DNA of 63,886 bases, filler included, from Coriobacteriales bacterium (GTDB lineage: Bacteria > Actinomycetota > Coriobacteriia > Coriobacteriales > UBA8131), in NCBI GenBank assembly GCA_031263105.1. It is 6 parts of 6 records of this genome, joined end to end, with 100 filler letters (N's around TTAATTAATTAA, not from the genome) between each part and the next. Parts side by side here need not be neighbours in the genome. Positions count along the whole stretch, not along the records: positions 48,550 to 59,779 come from JAISGJ010000227.1; positions 59,880 to 63,886 come from JAISGJ010000009.1; 4 more parts are not named here. One strand, given 5' to 3'. Positions 57,157 through 63,886 of the stretch are shown here, one piece after another. The notes beneath the pieces were generated by a model that ran no database searches, was not told the origin of the DNA, and worked only from the letters and a program-made list of their open reading frames with translations. The translations under genes were made by a program, and so were the position numbers. Position 1 is the stretch's first letter. Each line of letters opens with the position of its first letter.

Positions 57157-59309
57157 AGCGACCACCCCCAAAGGCCCAGTGCGGCGCACACCGTGCCGAA
57201 CAGCAGGACGGTGACGCACATGGTGTTCATCACCATGGTCAGGCGCCCCTCGCCGAACCATGACTCCATATACCAGTTGCGCTGCGAGGCCACGCCCTCC
57301 TGCGAAAGCGCGTTGCGGTAGGTGCGCTTCTCGAAGTCCAGGCCGACGCCCCCCAGGTAGATGGGGACCGTGCGGCCCTTGGGCCTCCTCGGTCGCCTGA
57401 AGAGCAGGGCGAGCACGGTCACGGTCGCGAGCACGATAAGCGCCATGATGAGCAGGTTGTCGAAGTCGATGGCCGCCAGCGCGCCTGTGTCCCAGGCCCC
57501 GAAGCCGAAGGGAGCGACGCCCACCTCGAGCATGACGAGGTAGGGCACGACCACGTACTGGGAGACGAAGGGGAAGGTGGCGCTCAGGGCGACGGCAAGG
57601 ACGGCCATGAGGGCGATGGCCGACCACTCCGAGCGGTGGACGGCCTTCTCCCCGGCCTTCTCCCCGATGCTCTCCCCCTCTTCGTCACGCTTGCCCTGTT
57701 GCGCGACGGAGAGCAGCTTGCCGAGCCACTTCGCCCAGAACATGAAGGTCAGCGCCGAGCCGAAGGCGAGGATGACGAGCAGGACGAAGTTGTCGGTCTC
57801 CACGAGGGAGACGATGGTGGCCCATTTGGAGATGAGCATGCCGAAGGGCGCCGCGAACATGACCAGGATGCCGAGGGCCATGAACCGCGCCAGCACGGGC
57901 ATGCGGACGAACAGGTTGTCCATGTCCTCGATGTCGCGGCTTTCGATGCGGTGCTCGGCGGTGCCGACGCAGAGGAAGAGCAGGGACTTCGCCACCGCGT
58001 GGAAGACGAGCAGGAAGATGGCGGCCCAGACCGCCTCGGGCGTGCCGACGCCGGCGCAGGTGACGATGAGGCCGAGGTTCGCGACGGTCGAATAGGCGAG
58101 CACCCGCTTGGCGTTGGACTGCGATATGGCGACGGCCGAGCAGAAGAGGAAGGTCAGCGCGCCGACGAACATGACCATGATGCCGTTCGTGCTCCAGCCG
58201 AGGCACGGCGCGAGCTTGATGAGCAAAAACACGCCCGCCTTGACCATGGTCGAGGAGTGGAGCAGCGCGGACGTGGGGGTCGGCGCCACCATCGCACCGA
58301 GCAGCCAGCTCTGGAAGGGCACCTGCGCCGCCTTGGTCATGGCTGCGAAGGCGATGAGCGCGACAGGCAGCGCCAGCATCCCCACGCCCCCCGTGCCGAT
58401 GAGCTGGTCGAGCTCGAGGATGCCCTGGCTCCCCAGGAAGAACAGGGCGACCGCGAAGGCGAGCCCGCCTGCCAGGTTCATGACGATCTGCCGGAACGAG
58501 TTGTCGATGGCCTCTTGGCTGCGGGTGTACCCGATGAGGGCGAACGAGCACACGGTCGTGACCTCCCAGGCGCAGAGCAGCCACCCGAGGTTGTTGAAGA
58601 AGACGATGCCGAACATCGCCGAGAGGAAGAGGAACATGAGGGAGAAGAAGACCGGGCGGCGGTCCTGGGCCGCGCCGGGTGCGCCGGGCGCAGCGGGTGC
58701 GCCGGGCGCGGTGGAGGCCGCGTCGGGGGCGGAAGCCGCCGGGGCGCCGCCAGGGACGGCCGCCGGGGCCGCGTCGCCCGCTTGCCTCCCCAGATGCCCT
58801 TCAGCGTGCGCGTGGAAGTCCCTCATGTAGCCGAGGGCGTAGATGCAGATGCCGCCGCCGACGATGCCGATGACGAGCGCCATGATGACGGAGAGCCCGT
58901 CGATGGCAAAGTCGCTCTCGACGGGTATCGCGTGTCCGAGCGTGAACTCGAATATCAGGAGGAGCACCACCTGGGAGACGGCGAGCACCCCTGCGACGAC
59001 CCTCCGGTACCGGATGCTCTTCGCCACTATATAGGCCCCGACGGCCACGTCGACGAGCACGGTGAGCCAGGTGACGGTCTCCCCGTTGACGACCGCGCCG
59101 TCGACGGACCCGCTCCAAAAGACCCCGACAAGGTAGTTCGCCGCCAGCCAGACGGTGCCGAGCATGACAAGGAGCGCCGAGCCTATGACTACGACGGTGC
59201 GCCCCCGGTCATTGCGAACCACGAGCAGCAAACCCGCTGCAAGGAGAGGGAACAGAACCAAGAACCCTATAATCGTCAAAGACAGAGCAGCCACACACGC
59301 TCCCTCCAT
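57153..59309 (-). CDS. echA: Ech antiporter-like membrane subunit A (NuoL-like)
   Basis: KAAQVPFQSWLLGAMVAPTPTSALLHSSTMVKAG, KRVLAYST. Confidence 0.92.
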   Translation of the reverse strand: MEGACVAALSLTIIGFLVLFPLLAAGLLLVVRNDRGRTVVVIGSALLVMLGTVWLAANYLVGVFWSGSVDGAVVNGETVTWLTVLVDVAVGAYIVAKSIRYRRVVAGVLAVSQVVLLLIFEFTLGHAIPVESDFAIDGLSVIMALVIGIVGGGICIYALGYMRDFHAHAEGHLGRQAGDAAPAAVPGGAPAASAPDAASTAPGAPAAPGAPGAAQDRRPVFFSLMFLFLSAMFGIVFFNNLGWLLCAWEVTTVCSFALIGYTRSQEAIDNSFRQIVMNLAGGLAFAVALFFLGSQGILELDQLIGTGGVGMLALPVALIAFAAMTKAAQVPFQSWLLGAMVAPTPTSALLHSSTMVKAGVFLLIKLAPCLGWSTNGIMVMFVGALTFLFCSAVAISQSNAKRVLAYSTVANLGLIVTCAGVGTPEAVWAAIFLLVFHAVAKSLLFLCVGTAEHRIESRDIEDMDNLFVRMPVLARFMALGILVMFAAPFGMLISKWATIVSLVETDNFVLLVILAFGSALTFMFWAKWLGKLLSVAQQGKRDEEGESIGEKAGEKAVHRSEWSAIALMAVLAVALSATFPFVSQYVVVPYLVMLEVGVAPFGFGAWDTGALAAIDFDNLLIMALIVLATVTVLALLFRRPRRPKGRTVPIYLGGVGLDFEKRTYRNALSQEGVASQRNWYMESWFGEGRLTMVMNTMCVTVLLFGTVCAALGLWGWSL

Positions 59310-59568
59310 CGTTACTTAATGAGATAGAGCAGACGGGACAAGACAGGCGCGTATGCGCACGAGAGTCAGTGCCTGTCCGACAGAACCCCTTGAAATGCCC
59401 GCTGCCTCCCCTTTGGCCAGGGGAGCTGTGAAGAGCGAACCTGACTGAATGGTACCCAAGGAGGACAGGGGCGAACCTAGGTTGCCCGAGGAAGTGGGAA
59501 GATGGTCGGCAAGCGGTGGTTTTATCGGGAAACGCCTGAAAAGTGCGCCGGTAAAAGGTAGGGAGAGG

Positions 59569-59779
59569 GGCGTGGGCGGACGGGCCCGAGGGCGTGGGCG
59601 GACGGGCCCGAGGGCGTGGGCGGACGGGGCACGGTTACCGCCCACGCCCCCACTGCCGCCCCGCCCCCCACTGCCCCGCTGCCGCCCCGCCCCCCACTGC
59701 CGCCCCGACCCCCCACTGCCCCGCTGCCGCCCCGGCCCCCACTGCCGCCCCGACCCCCCACTGCCCCGCTGCCGCCCCG
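59569..59779. repeat. 22-bp tandem repeat followed by C-rich tandem units at the contig end
   Basis: GGCGTGGGCGGACGGGCCCGAG x2.5; CCCCCACTGCCGCCCCG variants. Confidence 0.8.
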
Positions 59780-59879
59780 NNNNNNNNNNNNNNNNNNNNN
59801 NNNNNNNNNNNNNNNNNNNNNNNTTAATTAATTAANNNNNNNNNNNNNNNNNNNNNNNNNNNNNNNNNNNNNNNNNNNN

Positions 59880-59944
<65 letters not shown>

Positions 59945-62416
59945 ACCTCGGGCGTAGCCGGTCCAGACATTGTTAACGGACAATGGATCTCGGCGGCCTG
60001 CTGGCATAACTGCGGCGGCCGCTGCGTAAACAAGGTACTTGTCCAAGACGGTGTGATCGTCCGCCAGAAGACCGACGACACGCATGAGGACAGCATGGAC
60101 TATCCTCAGCAGCGCGCCTGCGTGCGCGGTCGCTCCCAGCGCAACCAGGTGCTTGCGACCGACCGGCTCAAGTTCCCCATGAAGCGCAAGGGCTGGCAAC
60201 CGGGAGGCGGTGTCAGCAGCAACGGCCAGATGCGTGGGAACGACGAATGGGAGCGCATCAGCTGGGACGAGGCAATCCAGTACATAGCCGACGAGGTCAA
60301 ACGCGTTGTCGATGCCTATGGCAACCGCTCCATCTTCGGGCTCAGCGGCAGCGTGTGCTCACGGGTGTTCGCCTCGTATGGAGGCTTCATACCCCGCTGG
60401 GGCACCACCTCGCAGGGCTCATGGACCTACACCCCTCGCCCCATGGGCAACTCGAACAGCGGCAACAACGACCGCTTCGACTTCTACAACTGCGACTACG
60501 TCGTCCTTGGAGGCGAGAACCCCGTCTGGTCGTCGGCGGGCCTGCCGGGCTACTTCGCCAAGGGCTTCAAGGACGCAGGGGTCAAGTTCATCGGCATCGA
60601 CCCGTTCTATAACGACACCTATGCGCTTCTCGATGCCGAGTGGATCCCCATCCGGCCCTCGACCGACACGGCGCTGTATCTGGGCATCGCTCACGCGATG
60701 CTTGCGCTCGATGCCACCGAGCAGCTCATCGACTGGGACTTCCTCGACCGCTGCACCCTCGGCTTCGATGCCGAGCACATGCCCGAAGGCGAGGACCCCA
60801 ACGGCAACTTCAGGGACTATGTGCTGGGCACCTACGACGGCATTCCCAAGACGGCTGAATGGGCGAGCGAGATCTGCGGCGTCGCGCCCGAGGACATCGA
60901 GAAGCTCGCACGTATCCTCGGCAAGGACAACAAGGTCGCCCTGCTTGCCGCGACGGCCGCAGCCCGCACGCAGAGCTCCGATGCCCTCCCACAGGTCTTC
61001 CTCACCATCGGCATGATGGGCGGCCACTATGGCAAGAGCGGCCATATGTGCGGAGCGAACTACCACTCCAACGCCTTCACAGGCGGTCCCTCGATCGTCA
61101 GCCCCGGCAGCAACGGCCTTGAGAGCATCAAGAACCCCTTGGCCGAAGGCGACACGATCTGCGACGCCGAGGTCTGGCGCGCCATTGTGAGCGGCACGTA
61201 CACCATGGCAGGCGTGGGCACGAAGAAGCAGCCCGGCGTCGAGAAGGACGTGGACATCAAGATCATCTACCACGACAACCGGGCCCTCCTCCAGACCTGC
61301 GACGGGCAGACGACGGGAATAGAGGCGCATCGCAAGGTCGACCTTGTCGTGAGCCATGCGATGTTCATGACGACCAACGCGGCCTACTCCGACATCGTGC
61401 TGCCCCTCACCTCGTACTGGGAGCGCGAAGGCGGCTTCCTCACGGGGAACCGCGAGATGGTCATCGTCTATTCGAAGATCATGGATCCCCTGTACGAATG
61501 CAAGAGCGACGACGAGATCGCCTATCTGCTCGCGGGGGCGCTCGGCCTTGACCCCGAGGAGGTCTATCCCATCAGCGAGAAGCAGCGCTTCATGAACGAG
61601 ATACTCGGATGCGTGACGACGGAGAGCGGGGAAGAGGAGCCGCTCGTCAGCGTCACGGCCGACGACCTGAGCGCATGGGGCTGCGAGGGAGAGCCACAGG
61701 AGGGCAAGATCGCCCTGGCCGACTTCATAGCCCAGGGCGTCTACCAGGTGCCGCGCAAGGCCGGCGACCAGTTCGACTACATCGCCTATAAGAAATTCGT
61801 GGAGGATCCCGAGGCGAACCCCTTGGAGTCCGAGAGCGGCAAGATGGAGATCTATTGCCGGAAGCTCCGCGACGACATCAACGGCATCGGCTACTCGACG
61901 ATCGAGGCCATCCCCACCTACACCCAGCCGCCGGAAGGCTTCGAGGCGACCTTCAGCGACTGGGGGTCCAAGGCGAAGGGCGAGTTCCCCTATCAGGTGT
62001 ACAACCCCCACTACCTGCGTCGTTCCCACACGGTGTTCGACAACGTCCAGTGGCTGCGCGAGGCCTGGCCCAACCCCGTCTTCGTCTCCGCGACGGACGC
62101 GAGGGAGAAGGGCGTGGCCTCCGGCGACGTCGTGCTCCTGACGAGCAAGCACGGCAGGACGCTGCGCACCGCCTGCGTGACGGAGCGCTTCATGCCCGGC
62201 GTCATAGGGCTGCCGCACGGCGCGTGGGTCAGCATCGACCCCTCGACCGGCATCGACACCGCCGGCTCCGACAACATCCTGACCGGCGTCGTCCCTACCG
62301 GCCAGGGAACCTCGGGGTGGAACACCTGCGTCTGCAACATGGAGAAGTACACCGGCGCAGCCCTGGCCCCCGACGTCGAAGTCGCCCTGCGGATTCTCGC
62401 TGCCCAGATGGCTTAG
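59945..62416 (+). CDS. Second DmsA-like molybdopterin oxidoreductase (5' truncated by the contig edge)
   Basis: Frame open upstream of 60053, giving WISAACWHNCGGRC; WERISWDEA, IRPSTDTA, SDIVLP, HYLRRSHT. Confidence 0.92.
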   Translation, partial: TSGVAGPDIVNGQWISAACWHNCGGRCVNKVLVQDGVIVRQKTDDTHEDSMDYPQQRACVRGRSQRNQVLATDRLKFPMKRKGWQPGGGVSSNGQMRGNDEWERISWDEAIQYIADEVKRVVDAYGNRSIFGLSGSVCSRVFASYGGFIPRWGTTSQGSWTYTPRPMGNSNSGNNDRFDFYNCDYVVLGGENPVWSSAGLPGYFAKGFKDAGVKFIGIDPFYNDTYALLDAEWIPIRPSTDTALYLGIAHAMLALDATEQLIDWDFLDRCTLGFDAEHMPEGEDPNGNFRDYVLGTYDGIPKTAEWASEICGVAPEDIEKLARILGKDNKVALLAATAAARTQSSDALPQVFLTIGMMGGHYGKSGHMCGANYHSNAFTGGPSIVSPGSNGLESIKNPLAEGDTICDAEVWRAIVSGTYTMAGVGTKKQPGVEKDVDIKIIYHDNRALLQTCDGQTTGIEAHRKVDLVVSHAMFMTTNAAYSDIVLPLTSYWEREGGFLTGNREMVIVYSKIMDPLYECKSDDEIAYLLAGALGLDPEEVYPISEKQRFMNEILGCVTTESGEEEPLVSVTADDLSAWGCEGEPQEGKIALADFIAQGVYQVPRKAGDQFDYIAYKKFVEDPEANPLESESGKMEIYCRKLRDDINGIGYSTIEAIPTYTQPPEGFEATFSDWGSKAKGEFPYQVYNPHYLRRSHTVFDNVQWLREAWPNPVFVSATDAREKGVASGDVVLLTSKHGRTLRTACVTERFMPGVIGLPHGAWVSIDPSTGIDTAGSDNILTGVVPTGQGTSGWNTCVCNMEKYTGAALAPDVEVALRILAAQMA

Positions 62417-62453
62417 CAACCGGCCCGGTGACCGGCCACAGAAAGGTGGAACC

Positions 62454-63029
62454 ATGAGTCTCGGATTCTATTACGACCAGACCAGCTGCATCGGCTGCAA
62501 GGCCTGTCAGGTGGCGTGCAAGGACAAGAACGGCCTCGACATGGGCGTGCTCTTCCGGCGCATCTCCGACTACGAGGCGGGGAGCTACCCTGCGCCCGGC
62601 GTGTTCTACATCTCACGCTCGTGCAACCACTGCGCGGCCCCGGCCTGCATGGCCTCCTGCCCCGTGGAGGCCATCTCGAAGACCGAGGACGGGGTCGTCC
62701 TCATCGACCCTGCGATCTGCAACGGCTGCCAGAGCTGCGTGACGGCCTGTCCCTACGGCATACCCGTCATGCTCCCTTCGACGAGCGTTGCAGGCAAGTG
62801 CGACTCGTGCATCCAGCTGCGCGAGAGCGGCGAGGTGAACGCCTGCGTCGGCGCCTGCTCGATGCGCGCGCTCGACTTCGGCGAGCTCGAGGAGCTCAAG
62901 GGCAGGCACGGCGGCTCGATGGTCGATGCGTTGCCGCCCTATCTCTCTGATGGGGGCACAGGGCCCAGTCTTGTGATCAGTCCCAAGCAGATCGCCACGA
63001 GGGACGGCGCTGCGGCGATGGTCTACTGA
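62454..63029 (+). CDS. DmsB-like 4Fe-4S subunit
   Basis: CIGCKACQVAC, SCNHCAAPAC, CNGCQSCVTACP, KCDSC. Confidence 0.92.
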   Translation: MSLGFYYDQTSCIGCKACQVACKDKNGLDMGVLFRRISDYEAGSYPAPGVFYISRSCNHCAAPACMASCPVEAISKTEDGVVLIDPAICNGCQSCVTACPYGIPVMLPSTSVAGKCDSCIQLRESGEVNACVGACSMRALDFGELEELKGRHGGSMVDALPPYLSDGGTGPSLVISPKQIATRDGAAAMVY

Positions 63030-63055
63030 GTCCGCACAAGGCACCGATCTCTCCT

Positions 63056-63086
63056 CGAAGGGCCCCGTCATCGGCGGGGCCCTTCG
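63056..63086. terminator. Hairpin between convergent dmsB-like genes
   Basis: CGAAGGGCCCCG-TCATCGG-CGGGGCCCTTCG. Confidence 0.65.
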
Positions 63087-63123
63087 TCATGCGGCGGGCG
63101 AGGGCTCTGCGGCGGGGCCCTGC

Positions 63124-63166
63124 GAACACAAAAACCACCGTCCCCTTTGTGTTCCCTTTGTGTTCC
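63124..63166. repeat. Family C hairpin with duplicated right arm
   Basis: GAACACAAA-AACCACCGTCCCC-TTTGTGTTC followed by a second TTTGTGTTC. Confidence 0.6.
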
Positions 63167-63173
63167 TTTCGCG

Positions 63174-63743
63174 TCAGGTCGTCTGCGCGGGAAGGAGGGC
63201 CGCCTCGTTGGGGTCTATGAGCAGCGAGGGCTGCGTATAGGCGGGCGAGGGCAGGGAGGGGAGGGCGTCCGTTGCGTCCGGGTGCCGCTCCCTCAGCTCC
63301 TCCAAGGGCCCGAACTCCAGGGCCCGCATCGGGCAGGCCGCCACGCAGGCGGGCCGCTCCGCATGCGTGCGCAGCGGTATGCAGGCATCGCATTTATGGA
63401 CCACCATGAGGGCCATGAGATAGCGTGGGTTGCCGTAAGGGCAGGCGGTCACGCAGTACTGGCAGCCGATGCACATGCTGTCGTCGTGCTGCACGGTCCC
63501 GTCCGTCCCGTCGGAGAACATCGCTCCCGTCGGGCAGACCGAGACGCAGGCGGGGTTGGCGCAATGGTTGCACGTGGCGGCGAAATGGAAGACACGGGGA
63601 GAGGGGAACGTGCCGCGCTCATGGGTCTCGACCCGGCGGAAAAGGGTGCCGACATCGAGATGGTTGCGGTCCTTGCAGGCGATCTGGCAGGTCTTGCAGC
63701 CTATGCAACTGGTTTGGTCGTAATAGAATCCTTGCTTCGCCAT
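63174..63743 (-). CDS. Third DmsB-like 4Fe-4S subunit
   Basis: MAKQGFYYDQTSCIGCKTCQIAC, TCNHCANPAC, CIGCQYCVTACP; AGGAG RBS before ATG 63743. Confidence 0.9.
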   Translation of the reverse strand: MAKQGFYYDQTSCIGCKTCQIACKDRNHLDVGTLFRRVETHERGTFPSPRVFHFAATCNHCANPACVSVCPTGAMFSDGTDGTVQHDDSMCIGCQYCVTACPYGNPRYLMALMVVHKCDACIPLRTHAERPACVAACPMRALEFGPLEELRERHPDATDALPSLPSPAYTQPSLLIDPNEAALLPAQTT

Positions 63744-63886
63744 GCTCCTGCGACCCTTCGTTCGAAGCCCTTGAACACCCCCCACTGTCATCCCGACCCC
63801 CCCTCCGCCGCCCCGACCCCCCCCCCCCCCCTTCCGCCGCCCCGGGCCCCTCACTGCCTTCCGCCGCCCCGGGCCCCTCACTGTCC

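Overview
This window is not one continuous locus. It is six contigs joined by 100-nt N/TTAATTAATTAA linkers: 1-10033, 10134-19864, 19965-29393, 29494-48449, 48550-59779 and 59880-63886. The DNA is GC-rich, and gene content points to a Coriobacteriia/Eggerthellaceae-type anaerobe. AT-rich, termite-like repeat DNA fused to the end of contig 1 suggests a termite-gut MAG. Contig 1: DMSO-reductase-family operon (dmsA/B/D-like plus an MsrQ-like membrane subunit) divergent from a multi-TM regulator, a non-canonical radical SAM gene and TA-like genes. Contig 2: AhbD/NirJ2-like radical SAM plus an Fe-chelate ABC transporter, a frameshifted IS1595-family element and a mosaic of TA genes and gene remnants. 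Contig 3: vapBC-like pair and carAB-pyrK-pyrD-pyrF-pyrE. Contig 4: the best candidate for a novel system, a 16.5-kb co-directional Ser/Thr phospho-signalling cluster. It encodes a membrane protein with a catalytically dead trypsin domain, FIVAR and FHA; a PP2C; two TM kinases; a 2663-aa Ig-repeat surface protein carrying in-frame palindromic DNA insertions; and a TPR-DUF2135 protein. A TA graveyard follows. Contig 5: lipoprotein, permuted NlpC/P60 cell-wall protein and a complete echA-F hydrogenase operon. Contig 6: second dmsAB-like pair and a convergent third dmsB. At least three families of dispersed palindromic repeats are present. No CRISPR array, rRNA or tRNA was recognised. All family assignments come from motif recognition by eye; no searches were run.
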